Part shown: positions 14,618 through 23,160 of the stretch, piece after piece
How positions within the stretch are numbered: the stretch's first letter is position 1
How the letters are laid out: every line of letters begins with the position of its first letter
NCBI RefSeq assembly: GCF_000025685.1
Contig: NC_013967.1
Coordinates: 2,130,001-2,162,000 of the forward strand
Length of the DNA stretch: 32,000 nt
Source of the DNA: Haloferax volcanii DS2
Lineage (GTDB): Archaea; Halobacteriota; Halobacteria; Halobacteriales; Haloferacaceae
Reading direction: 5' to 3'
The notes under the pieces: generated by a model
What the model was told of the DNA's origin: nothing
Seen by the model: only the letters and a program-made list of their open reading frames with translations
The model's database searches: none
Program-made: the position numbers and the translations under genes

Positions 14618-16380
14618 TGTTCGATGAGTCTGTGTTCGGTCGGGGTTGCGTGTACGCGGATTTTGGCGTCGAGGCGTCCGCTGACTTTCATTACGGCTTC
14701 TGAGTACTGTGCGTCGGTTCCTGTTTTGAGGTCGTAGAGATCGATCTCCTCCTGTTCTGAGAGCTGGAAGTGGTCGATCATTTCTTGGCTGACGCGTTCG
14801 TGGCGGAAGAACAGCTTTCCGGGCATCTGGTCGAGCAGGGTTCTCCCCTCTGTGTACTGGGTGAAGTCGTTGGCCGACTGGCTGACCAGTGTGATTGCGG
14901 TAGAAGTGTCTCGTGCTTCTCTCACCCAGCGGGTCAGGATTTCTCGGCCTCGGCCCACACCTGACACGTTGTGGGCTTCATCGGCCACTACCAGGGTCCG
15001 CCGATCATTTTGGCTGGTAACCTGGTAGAGGTGTTCGATCAGGTCGATGATCTCCGGGATGTTCTCTGATTGGCCTCTTGAGGTGACTTGGAAGCAGGAG
15101 GCCTTACCTAGTTTTTCTGGCCGGTCTTGTACGGTGTAGGTTTGGCCGTTGAGGGCTTTGATGAGGTTGTGGTACTCGTTTTTCGGGTCGATGACGATTA
15201 TCTGGATGTCGGGGTATGCGAGGATGGCTCGGAGGAGTTCGATTTTGGTGTGGAAGGTTTTTCCTGAGCCGGTGGCTCCGAATCTTGCGAGGTGGGGTGC
15301 GTGCCACTGGAAGCGATCTTGAAGTATGGGTGTGCCGTCGTATTGATCTTCTCCGTAGATGATTCCGGATGACTGGTTGATTGTCCGGGTGGCGAATGGG
15401 AATCCAGCAGCGGCGGAGTCACTGAGCTGTAGCTGGGTCTCCTGTAACGGGTCGAGTTGAAGCGGGTTGCAGGCCTTCTGTGCTTGATCGGTTCTGAAGA
15501 CAGGTTCCTCAAATCCGATGCCCATCCGCTTTAACCGTGATTTGAGTTGTTGGAAGGCTTGGTTGCAGTCTTCCTTGTTGTCTGCGTGGGTGGAGATGTA
15601 GACGGCGTAGTCGAAGGCCTGTTGCTCCCTGTTGGCAAGTTTGTCGAGCATCCAGTCAACGGCGTCGAGTTTGGATTCGAGTTCGTTGGTGTCAAGGAAG
15701 CCGGATGCAAGCCGGGAGTTGATCTCGGCGTTCAGCTTCTCTTTCAAACGGTTGAGTGTGGAGACGGTGTTAGCGGAGTCTCTTGGTTTGATGAGTTGAG
15801 CTACGTCGATTTTGCCATCGACGCGGAGAAGTTCCAAGGGCCAGGCCAGTTCCAGCTGACTAGGGTATTCAGTGATTATGAGTGCCCGCCGGTATTCCTG
15901 TCCGGTGGAGACGTACCGAGGTGTTGGGTTGCTGTGAGAGGTTTCGAGTTCTTCGGCAGGGATTTCCGTTGCGGAGAGGTTAGCGGTGTTGAGTGAGTCG
16001 GTAATCTGTTGGGTTCTCCGCTGTACCTCACTCTCTAGATCCTCCCTGGTTTCAGAATCCAGTACCGAGGCGAGGAATCCTCGGCCTGATGCGGTGACTG
16101 GTGTAGTGATGTAGTGTTCAGTGGTGACGAGTGATTCGTCGTTGAGACGGCTGCAGTACCTGAGATAATCCTCCCAGAGCTCCCTACGGATGGAGAACCG
16201 GTCTTTCAGGTATTCGGCGTAGGGCTGAAGCTCTAAATCGCGTTGCAGCGAGTAGATGTTGATTGGGTAGTCGGCCTGATTCAGAACCTGTTTGAAGTTC
16301 TGATGGACTCCTAAAGCCTCCTTCTCAGTCATCAGCTCCAAGTTTGTCGGCGTAACTTGGATCGCTCCGTACTGTGTCAT
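14614..16380 (-). CDS. VirB4/TrbE/PrgJ-like type IV secretion ATPase
   Basis: 588 aa. Walker A is RFGATGSGKTF, followed by IIVIDPKNEY. Walker B is TLVVADEAHNV, and ITLVSQSANDF is present. The N-terminal domain (GAIQVTPTNLELMTEKEA..) resembles VirB4 N-termini. Confidence 0.85.
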   Translation of the reverse strand: MTQYGAIQVTPTNLELMTEKEALGVHQNFKQVLNQADYPINIYSLQRDLELQPYAEYLKDRFSIRRELWEDYLRYCSRLNDESLVTTEHYITTPVTASGRGFLASVLDSETREDLESEVQRRTQQITDSLNTANLSATEIPAEELETSHSNPTPRYVSTGQEYRRALIITEYPSQLELAWPLELLRVDGKIDVAQLIKPRDSANTVSTLNRLKEKLNAEINSRLASGFLDTNELESKLDAVDWMLDKLANREQQAFDYAVYISTHADNKEDCNQAFQQLKSRLKRMGIGFEEPVFRTDQAQKACNPLQLDPLQETQLQLSDSAAAGFPFATRTINQSSGIIYGEDQYDGTPILQDRFQWHAPHLARFGATGSGKTFHTKIELLRAILAYPDIQIIVIDPKNEYHNLIKALNGQTYTVQDRPEKLGKASCFQVTSRGQSENIPEIIDLIEHLYQVTSQNDRRTLVVADEAHNVSGVGRGREILTRWVREARDTSTAITLVSQSANDFTQYTEGRTLLDQMPGKLFFRHERVSQEMIDHFQLSEQEEIDLYDLKTGTDAQYSEAVMKVSGRLDAKIRVHATPTEHRLIEQ

Positions 16381-16628
16381 AGGTACCTCCCGGCGAGGAA
16401 CCGGATACTGCGGATGATGTGGTGGTCCAGCGGCTGGCTAAACGGCCTTACAGCGTAGAGAATGGCCCCGAGCAACAGAGCCAGAACGAGGTAGATGTAG
16501 GCGTCTGTGAGAACCGCTGCTGTTGCTACGGGCAGAGCAAGTCGGAGTACATCCTTCCAAGTGAACCGGCCGAAGAACTGCATAGAGACGTCTTCAACCG
16601 TTCCAGGGAACTGGAAGCGAGGTTTCAT
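16377..16628 (-). CDS. Small 2-TM membrane protein, VirB3/PrgI-like by position and topology
   Basis: 83 aa. FFGRFTWKDVLRLALPVATAAVL and YLVLALLLGAILYAV are hydrophobic segments. It lies immediately upstream of and overlaps the VirB4-like gene. Confidence 0.6.
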   Translation of the reverse strand: MKPRFQFPGTVEDVSMQFFGRFTWKDVLRLALPVATAAVLTDAYIYLVLALLLGAILYAVRPFSQPLDHHIIRSIRFLAGRYL

Positions 16629-17704
16629 CGTAGCCGCCTCCGGAAGTCCTCAACTCGGCCTGTGGTCTCACTGTTCGCTCTCTTCCTCTGATTTTCTCGG
16701 AGACGCTGACGTTGATCAGCCGTGAGACCAGGGCCGTTCTCTGAGGAATCGCCGCCGCTATCCATGCTATTGGAGATGGTGTGTGCCTGGCCTACGGCTG
16801 TCTGTGAGGCCGTCCAGATCTGGTATGGAACGAGAAGTAGGAGTGTGAAGGATGCGACTCCGAACATCCAGTTAGACACGCTTTGAAGACCGCTGTTGCC
16901 TGCTCCTCGAAGTAGTGAGAGCGAGAATTTGAGGACGAGGACGTCCGCTGGCCCGATCAGTAGGGCGGCGAACCAGCCAGCTATGAATGTGTCTGCGTAC
17001 CGCCTGGCTTTGGGCAGGCTCCACATTACGGCCAGCAAGGGACTGACTGCGGCTCCGAACAAGATGTAGACGTTGCGGATGAGGAATAGGGCGACGACTG
17101 CGAGTAGGAGAACTGATTCGACTACCCATGCGATGACTAGGCCTGTTGAGAGGCCTGCTACTTGCTGGATGTTCTGGATTTCAGGTGTGAATGCGTGGGT
17201 GAAGGCGTTGGAAAGGTCGACTGCGTACTGTAGGAGGGGGAGTGAGAGTGTGGCGAATATGAGTGCGGCGACGAGCCGGGGCAGTGTTTTCCGGGCTTGG
17301 TTGTAGGAGATGTTGAGGATCGGGCCGATGATGTAGAGTATGCCGGTGGCTGCGAATCCGAGGCCTGCTATAACGTATGATATGATGAGTGTGTCCTGAT
17401 GGACGTCGGATACAGCAGGGTTCGGATGGACAGTTGGCGTAGTGGTGAGGACGGTGATGAGTACGCCGAGTAGGACTTCTGCGAGTTTTCGGAACGGCCA
17501 GAAGATTATGTCCGTGATTGTCTCTCCGAGAGTCTTGCCCTGGGTGAAGTCTTGGATTGTGTCGATTAGGTTTTGAATCCCGTTTAGAATCCCACTGTTG
17601 TCCTCGTCTTCAGTAGGAGTTGTAGTCGTGTTTTCTTGTGCGGAGACGGGTGTAGCTACTAAGGTGAGGGCGATCAGGCCGACAAAGATGATTCTCCGGT
17701 TCAT
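16625..17704 (-). CDS. Polytopic membrane protein with signal peptide, VirB6/TrbL/PrgH-like by topology
   Basis: 359 aa. The signal sequence is MNRRIIFVGLIALTLVATPVSAQE. It has at least 6 hydrophobic helices and a charged R-rich C-terminal tail. Confidence 0.65.
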   Translation of the reverse strand: MNRRIIFVGLIALTLVATPVSAQENTTTTPTEDEDNSGILNGIQNLIDTIQDFTQGKTLGETITDIIFWPFRKLAEVLLGVLITVLTTTPTVHPNPAVSDVHQDTLIISYVIAGLGFAATGILYIIGPILNISYNQARKTLPRLVAALIFATLSLPLLQYAVDLSNAFTHAFTPEIQNIQQVAGLSTGLVIAWVVESVLLLAVVALFLIRNVYILFGAAVSPLLAVMWSLPKARRYADTFIAGWFAALLIGPADVLVLKFSLSLLRGAGNSGLQSVSNWMFGVASFTLLLLVPYQIWTASQTAVGQAHTISNSMDSGGDSSENGPGLTADQRQRLRENQRKRANSETTGRVEDFRRRLR

Positions 17705-17710
17705 TATTCT

Positions 17711-18052
17711 CTAGGTGCAGATCGTGGTTCCGAGTTCCGAAGTGAGGAACTGGATTACCATGTTGGAGGACAGCAGCAGGATCGTGCCGATCACCGTGTT
17801 CTTGGCAACCTGCTTACCTCTACGAGTGTTGTCTTCGCCTGGAAGCAAGACGAACAAGGAGGCGGTTAACAGGCCCAGCGTTCCAAGCGCGATTCCACCG
17901 ATGAACGCTAACTGTGTTAGCGAGTTCAGCAGATCAAACAGTGGCTGGAAGGCCTCTGGGGGGTTGCAGGGAAGGTTGGTGTTTGCTGCTGACAATACTG
18001 TAAGTCTTAGGCTGGTTTTGGGTTTCGAGCGTTGGAGTGGTTTCCTCTGCAT
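17711..18052 (-). CDS. Small membrane protein with two hydrophobic helices, candidate pilin/VirB2-TrbC-like; first gene of the operon
   Basis: 113 aa. Hydrophobic segments are LAFIGGIALGTLGLLTASLFVLL and VIGTILLLSSNMVIQFL. A 6-nt gap separates it from the next gene. Confidence 0.5.
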   Translation of the reverse strand: MQRKPLQRSKPKTSLRLTVLSAANTNLPCNPPEAFQPLFDLLNSLTQLAFIGGIALGTLGLLTASLFVLLPGEDNTRRGKQVAKNTVIGTILLLSSNMVIQFLTSELGTTICT

Positions 18053-18185
18053 TGCAGTGGCTCGTTTAGCTGGAACGAAGGAAATAGTATCATATTTCTT
18101 GATTTATAGAGGGCACATCGTTTTGAGAGGATTCAGAATACAGAATCTTTTTCTAAAATATGAACTACCTTGCTAACAGGTAGCG
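18053..18185. promoter_or_regulatory. Divergent promoter region (T4SS-like operon leftwards, 18186 ORF rightwards)
   Basis: TAAAATAT (18154-18161) is centred ~27 nt before ATG 18186, which suggests a leaderless transcript. On the minus strand, TATAAA (18093-18098) and AAATAT (~18078-18083) lie upstream of ATG 18052. A CTACCT-n7-AGGTAG palindrome is at 18165-18183. Confidence 0.45.
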
Positions 18186-18617
18186 ATGAACCAGAATGCT
18201 TCCCCAGAGTATGCAGATGAATGGGAGCTCTTCCGTTCTGTAAGTGTCCTTGACAACCATAAGATCAATCTGATTGATGAGCTCCGTCATCTGGTCTTTG
18301 ACGATCCCCTTCAGGGGGAAAGCGTCCTCTGGAATTATGACCGCCTTGAACAAGCCGCAGTTATATCTAATGACTCGATTGGAGGAGGCCGCTATGTGGA
18401 GTATGGGAAGTCTACGTATCAGCTGCCATCTGGCCACATTACTCCTCCAGCAGAAATCAGAAAAAAGGTAGATGGAGATATGGAACTTGGAAGTACTGTG
18501 TATCTCCTCGCGAGCGAAAACATGCTGAAAAGCAAGGTCGCTTGTGCCTTTCTGCTAACCACAGAACAGGCTACGAGAGGGATCGATATCGAGCCTATCG
18601 AGTATGTGTTCAGTTGA
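18186..18617 (+). CDS. Hypothetical acidic protein; C-terminal part faintly AbrB/SpoVT-like
   Basis: 143 aa with a well-placed TATA. GHITPPAEIRKKVDGDMELGSTVYLL resembles the (v)tIP.eiR..l....Gd.v motif. Preferred over the antisense ORF 18165..18437. Confidence 0.55.
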   Translation: MNQNASPEYADEWELFRSVSVLDNHKINLIDELRHLVFDDPLQGESVLWNYDRLEQAAVISNDSIGGGRYVEYGKSTYQLPSGHITPPAEIRKKVDGDMELGSTVYLLASENMLKSKVACAFLLTTEQATRGIDIEPIEYVFS

Positions 18618-19242
18618 CCGCGTCATCCACAAACCTATGGAAGCTTTCAGCCCCTGTCTCCTCAGAGATCCTGCTGTTGAAAAACCTAGACAGTTCAATA
18701 GCTATGTCAAGCGTTTCTTCAACCACCTCTAAATCTGAGTCGCGCGGTATCTCTAGAGTGATGGCCAGCTGTTTGGGTTTAGGTTTCATATATTCTGTCC
18801 CGACAGCCTTAATCAAAGACTGGAATTCGTCTTCAGAGTAAAGAAGATTAAGCACATCTGGATTAAAATCAATCTGTCCATTGTACTGTTCAGCAGTTCC
18901 TCGCCACAGGTCGTCGTCGTAGAAGAACTGGATTGCTCCAAGTATGGTTTTCTTGAGCTCATAATCCACAGCGTAGTTGGGTTCCTTTTCAATGCCTGCA
19001 TCATCAGTGACAGTGTCCTCAGTTTTGGAATACACATAATAGTCCGATTTCTCGCGATGCATAGAATAGAGGTAATAGAGGACCTCTCCGTCGGAGCTTT
19101 CTTTCGCCTCGAATAATTCAGTGAGTTCGCAGTTATGGTGTGGCTCAACTAGGTTTGAGTCTTCAAATGCTTGTAAGAGGTTTATGAACTCTTGGTCTGC
19201 GAACTCGCCAATAGGGTCATTAGAGAGACCGTCTCGGTCCAT
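18610..19242 (-). CDS. Hypothetical acidic protein
   Basis: 210 aa with halophile-like acidic composition. No recognisable motif. Confidence 0.6.
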   Translation of the reverse strand: MDRDGLSNDPIGEFADQEFINLLQAFEDSNLVEPHHNCELTELFEAKESSDGEVLYYLYSMHREKSDYYVYSKTEDTVTDDAGIEKEPNYAVDYELKKTILGAIQFFYDDDLWRGTAEQYNGQIDFNPDVLNLLYSEDEFQSLIKAVGTEYMKPKPKQLAITLEIPRDSDLEVVEETLDIAIELSRFFNSRISEETGAESFHRFVDDAVN

Positions 19243-19316
19243 AGGATGGGGTTCTTGTGCTTAGCTAGGGTGTGTTCAGGTGAAAAAGGTTCTGTGGGGT
19301 ATTGTTTGCTTCTGGG

Positions 19317-19847
19317 TTATATTGATTTGAGGTGTTTTTCTGAGGCTGTATGAAGGGCTTTGTGGTATTCTTCGAGATCTTGGCTGATGGCGATGAAGGC
19401 ATCAACTGTTTTTTCCCAGTCGTTTTGATCGTAGTCGAGGGGAAGGCTGAATTCGATTTCTAGTTCGTTTCCGTCATCTTGCCTGTGAGTGGTTGTATCG
19501 AAGTAGGGTGCAGAGTGTTGGCCAGCTATCTCTTTCTCGGCTTCAGCTACTTTATCTCCTTGGAAGTCGCCGGAGTAGTTGAAGTATCCGTCAGCCATAA
19601 TTCCGTCGTCTACTTTTTCCAGTCCCCAGTTGGTAGTTATGGAGGCGTTTCCATCTGTGGTATAGAAGATGGAAGTGTTTTCTCTTTCGTTCCAGAAATC
19701 ATCGACATTATCGAGTCTGCCGTTCTGACGTTGCTCTATGTAGTTTTGAAGGCTTATGTTTGCATGCCGTTCTAAATTATCGTTATCTTCCAGTAGATTT
19801 AGTACAGATATCCAGTCCTCAAGCCGGTTATTTGGTCCAGATGTAAT
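19317..19847 (-). CDS. Hypothetical acidic protein, probably initiated at ATT (176 aa); the ATG-initiated version is 19317..19598
   Basis: The frame stays open and protein-like for 85 codons upstream of ATG 19598, back to an in-frame TGA at 19854-19856, with no ATG/GTG/TTG. On the minus strand, GGTGAT (19858-19853) + 5 nt + ATT (19847-19845). An AT-rich TATA-like element (~19872-19890) lies upstream. Confidence 0.5.
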   Translation of the reverse strand: MTSGPNNRLEDWISVLNLLEDNDNLERHANISLQNYIEQRQNGRLDNVDDFWNERENTSIFYTTDGNASITTNWGLEKVDDGIMADGYFNYSGDFQGDKVAEAEKEIAGQHSAPYFDTTTHRQDDGNELEIEFSLPLDYDQNDWEKTVDAFIAISQDLEEYHKALHTASEKHLKSI

Positions 19848-20002
19848 CTCACATCACCTACAGTTACTATCATGTAGTAAAAATTATATTGTTTACATTC
19901 CTGAGGTCCCTCTAGTGTCCTAGCTAGTTCTCTACTTCAGCTGTAACGGAGCAAGTGGATAAGTGAGAGAATACCCGAGAGACAAAGCTACTGTCGGAAT
20001 CT

Positions 20003-21682
20003 CTAGGCTCCGGCCAGTACTTGCTGGCTGAAGTCATCCATTTCTTCTCCTTCCAGTGATGTATCAACATCATCCATGCTCATGCTGTATTCTGGGTTGT
20101 CTCTGAGGAACTGGTTGAAGTCGTCGTATTCTCCGTTTCTGTCTTCCCATACGTCTTCAATTAGGGAGTCGTCTTCTACAACTGCGTACTGAGGATTCTC
20201 TGTTGTACCATAGATTACATGGTTGGTGTCTTCATCCATGACCATCTTTTCAAGTACTTTCGACTGGTTGTACAGTGTCTCGAATTTTATGTCATTCTGA
20301 TTGAAATTTCTAAGTTTTTCTGTGAAGTCGACGACATATTCGGTTGTCGGAGCAACTGTATCCGAAGCTCCTGGTACAGGATTGTTTTCTGCGTGGAGCG
20401 AGTTAGACATTCCACCGAATGCGCTCACTGCGCTCCTCTTTTTTTCTTCGAATCCCCACGAAGACGTGTCTTCGTCTTTTTCCCAGCCGAATCTTAGTGG
20501 GTGCCAGTATTCTTGGAATCCGTCATTTTCTGGGTCTAGGTATCCTGAATCCTCGATTAGTGGGTGTAGTTGTTGGTCATCTGCAGTCGCTGTAACAGGG
20601 GTTGCCACAGTCTCCATGAATCTGAGTTCTTCTGAGCCATCTGCGTTTTTACCGTAGATAAGGCCTGTACCGTGGCCTAAGGTTTCTACGTCCCAGGCAT
20701 GGACTTCGAGACCTTGGTTAGTATTCTGTTCTATTGCTCTTTCTAGGGCGGGAGCATATAGTGCATCTTCAGTAGAAACGGGGCCTTCATCAGTTCTAAT
20801 TATTTGCCAGTTGAACAAGTAAGGATGTACCCAGTCGAGTGCCTCTCCTACGGTTTCTGCATTCTGGAATTCATCTAGCTGGAATGAGCCTCCGTCTCTA
20901 CGGCCACTAGCATTTGGATATTTGCTGATACCCTGTTCTCCGTTCTTTATTGCTTCAATTTCGGGGTTTCCGGTGTCTGTTCCGATGCTGTCTACGAAGT
21001 TTTTTACTTCTGTGGGTTGGGCTTCTGCTAAATCGGTGTAGTCGTTGTCGTGTCGCCATTCGTATGCTGCTAGGTCTATTCCGAATTTGTTGAATTCTAG
21101 TTGTTCGTGGCTGTTGTAGTTATCTATTACTGGGTCTGATGTAATGAATCCGCCGCGTTTCTCCAGGTAGTTGTCTTCTAGGGAGTTCTGGCTGATCTGG
21201 TTTCTTAGTTCTTCGTTTCTTTGAGGGACTACGTCGACTTTGTAGTTGTTTGGTGTGGATTTAACAGCTGGTGCTGTATCCTGGGCCTCAGCGCTGCCTG
21301 AAGATGCTGTTGCTGTGAATTCCTGTTCTCCCTTCTTCATCTGACCTGGTTGCACGGTAACTGTATTATCATTCCACTGGCTAGAATCCGGGCCTATCTG
21401 TACTTTCTCGTTGGATACATTGACTGATTCCACGTTGCCTGAAGTTTCTACCTGAAACTGCGCCTGAAAGTCCTCTATACTATGATTTCTCCATATAGGC
21501 GGTAGCTGACCTGGCTGCGAAGAAGTAGATATATCGACCGAAATATCTGCACTGTTGGTAGGGGTTGTTTCGGTGGTGTTGTTGGGGCTATCTGTGTCTT
21601 TGTTGTTTCCAGTAATGGTGTTGCAGCCGGCGAGTGCGGTGAGGAGTCCGGTGGTTCCGAGGAGAAGTTTTCGTCGTTTCAA
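20003..21682 (-). CDS. Secreted lipoprotein (RR-containing signal plus lipobox), function unknown
   Basis: 559 aa from TTG 21682, which follows SD GGTGG by 8 nt. MKRRKLLLGTTGLLTALAGC is a signal peptide with a lipobox Cys. A T/S/N-rich linker is followed by a large acidic domain. Confidence 0.8.
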   Translation of the reverse strand: MKRRKLLLGTTGLLTALAGCNTITGNNKDTDSPNNTTETTPTNSADISVDISTSSQPGQLPPIWRNHSIEDFQAQFQVETSGNVESVNVSNEKVQIGPDSSQWNDNTVTVQPGQMKKGEQEFTATASSGSAEAQDTAPAVKSTPNNYKVDVVPQRNEELRNQISQNSLEDNYLEKRGGFITSDPVIDNYNSHEQLEFNKFGIDLAAYEWRHDNDYTDLAEAQPTEVKNFVDSIGTDTGNPEIEAIKNGEQGISKYPNASGRRDGGSFQLDEFQNAETVGEALDWVHPYLFNWQIIRTDEGPVSTEDALYAPALERAIEQNTNQGLEVHAWDVETLGHGTGLIYGKNADGSEELRFMETVATPVTATADDQQLHPLIEDSGYLDPENDGFQEYWHPLRFGWEKDEDTSSWGFEEKKRSAVSAFGGMSNSLHAENNPVPGASDTVAPTTEYVVDFTEKLRNFNQNDIKFETLYNQSKVLEKMVMDEDTNHVIYGTTENPQYAVVEDDSLIEDVWEDRNGEYDDFNQFLRDNPEYSMSMDDVDTSLEGEEMDDFSQQVLAGA

Positions 21683-21826
21683 AGAGAGATGCCACCTGGT
21701 TGTTGTGTCTACTTAGTAGTGTCACTGTTTTATAGGTTAAGGGAGAGCGAAGAGCTCATCTGAAATTGGGTGTATGGTCAGGTACCTACTCTTTCCCCGG
21801 CAACTATCTGGTAGAAGAGGTGGTAC

Positions 21827-22816
21827 TTGATTCAAGCACAAGACTATGTTTTCGACGATTTAGACGAATTGTATGAAACCGCGGAAAGAGTTCCTGAGGT
21901 GGATAGGCACGACGTATACGCTCATAACGAAGGATCGGATGAGTGGGAGCAGATTCCGTATCGTGACTCGTTGTGGACTGATGATGGGAGAGCGACGGGC
22001 GTAGTCTCCAGCAGCCAAGATTTCTACAACGTTATTCAGTACGGCGATATCTTGGAGACAGTAGGTGACGCCGTCGAAAGGCACGGTATCGAGCCCTCCG
22101 GCAGGGTTTCGATCTCTCCGACAGCCCACAAGATGAGCGCCAAACTCGACTTCGATCAAGAGGTCTACGCAAACCAAGACGATCCTATCGATCTCGGATT
22201 ACAGATTCAAAGCGGACACAGCGGGTTCCACGGACTGAAGTACGATATCGGAGCCGAACGCCAAGTCTGTTCAAATGGGATGACGGCCTTCATCTCCGAA
22301 CTCGGCTTCGACCAGACACACGGCGAACCATTCCAACCCGGCCTAGCATACAACGCCGTCGACGCAGTGGTCGAATCCCCAGCAGAGATCGAACAGAGAC
22401 TAGCACAGGCCCAGAACCGTGAATTGATGAATCAAGACGAGGCCCTGCTCGTGTTGATGGAGTCCGGAGTCGGCCGATACCTGGAAGACCCTGTTCCAGA
22501 CCTGCTTAACGCGTTATACGATGAGGTAGATGATCCGGAGGCCCCGACACTCTGGGAGACGTATAACGCGGCTACACGCGCACTAACACACTACACCCAG
22601 GACGTCCCAGACTATGAGCTAGCGAACGGCTTTGAGCAAGCAGCCCAACTCTTGGAAACCGGGGGTAATGAGATTCCGGAGCCAGAGCAACTGGGTCGTA
22701 GAGCTGTAGACAGCCGTAGCCGCCAGTTAATCGAACAGGGAGATACGGAGCCGTACTGGCCGGATGAAGAGCAAACCCTGAGAGAACTGATGGAAGCCCA
22801 CGAGCTCCAAGCATAG
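21827..22816 (+). CDS. DUF932-like (phage/plasmid-like) protein
   Basis: 329 aa. FYNVIQYGDILETVGDAVERHG ... LGLQIQSGHSGFHGLKYDIGAERQVCSNGM matches the DUF932 pattern (Y..vqn.e.......; sHDGs......R.vC.N) as I recall it. The start is TTG 21827 or ATT 21830, with GGTGGT at 21819-21824. Confidence 0.75.
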   Translation: MIQAQDYVFDDLDELYETAERVPEVDRHDVYAHNEGSDEWEQIPYRDSLWTDDGRATGVVSSSQDFYNVIQYGDILETVGDAVERHGIEPSGRVSISPTAHKMSAKLDFDQEVYANQDDPIDLGLQIQSGHSGFHGLKYDIGAERQVCSNGMTAFISELGFDQTHGEPFQPGLAYNAVDAVVESPAEIEQRLAQAQNRELMNQDEALLVLMESGVGRYLEDPVPDLLNALYDEVDDPEAPTLWETYNAATRALTHYTQDVPDYELANGFEQAAQLLETGGNEIPEPEQLGRRAVDSRSRQLIEQGDTEPYWPDEEQTLRELMEAHELQA

Positions 22817-22836
22817 AAACGAAGGGTGGTTCAACG

Positions 22837-23160
22837 ATTACTGATTTCGATGACGAGGAACCGATAGCCGAATGGGAGGCGGCTTTCCTTCCGGACTGGG
22901 AGTGGGAGGCCTACGACAAAGAAGAAGACGGCGTCTACTTCGGCCGAGTCAAATCCCCAAACACGTACGGACGGTGGGAATACGGCTACTTCACCCAAGA
23001 CCAGTTAGAGAAAGCGGGAGCCTACCGTACTGACCTAGATCCGGACGACGAGACCCCACTGTTCCCTGACGGTGGAAACATCGAAGACGTCGTTGGAGTC
23101 TACGAAACCGAGCTAGAGGCCTTGCTCGAACAACGAGGTGATACACGATACAAGAGATAG
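22837..23160 (+). CDS. DUF2958-like small acidic protein, apparently initiated at ATT
   Basis: 107 codons, absent from the ORF track because the only canonical start is a TTG 12 codons before the stop. WEWEAYDKEEDGVYFGRVKSPNTYGRWEYGYFTQDQLEKAG resembles the DUF2958 core (W..E.D....fFG.V.g...E.GyfsL.EL). GGTGGT (22825-22830) + 6 nt + ATT 22837. Confidence 0.6.
   Translation: MTDFDDEEPIAEWEAAFLPDWEWEAYDKEEDGVYFGRVKSPNTYGRWEYGYFTQDQLEKAGAYRTDLDPDDETPLFPDGGNIEDVVGVYETELEALLEQRGDTRYKR

Noticed and set aside
14943-14956. CGGCCTCGGC 10-mer shared with motif copy R2
   Set aside because: It lies inside the VirB4-like gene, coding GRGR on the minus strand. It lacks the AATAGGT half of the motif, so it is probably a coincidental GC-rich repeat.
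15104-15512. 67-aa and 104-aa minus-strand ORFs inside the VirB4-like gene
   Set aside because: Both are P/R/S/T-rich shadow frames. The VirB4 frame explains the region.
18165-18437. 90-aa minus-strand ORF antisense to 18186..18617
   Set aside because: The plus-strand ORF is longer and acidic, and has a TATA box at the right distance. The minus ORF has no signals.
22766-22839. Programmed -1 frameshift fusing the DUF932-like gene to the DUF2958-like ORF
   Set aside because: No X XXY YYZ slippery heptamer lies in the 22768-22813 overlap window (the codons there are caa acc ctg aga gaa ...). A well-placed SD plus ATT offers a simpler explanation.
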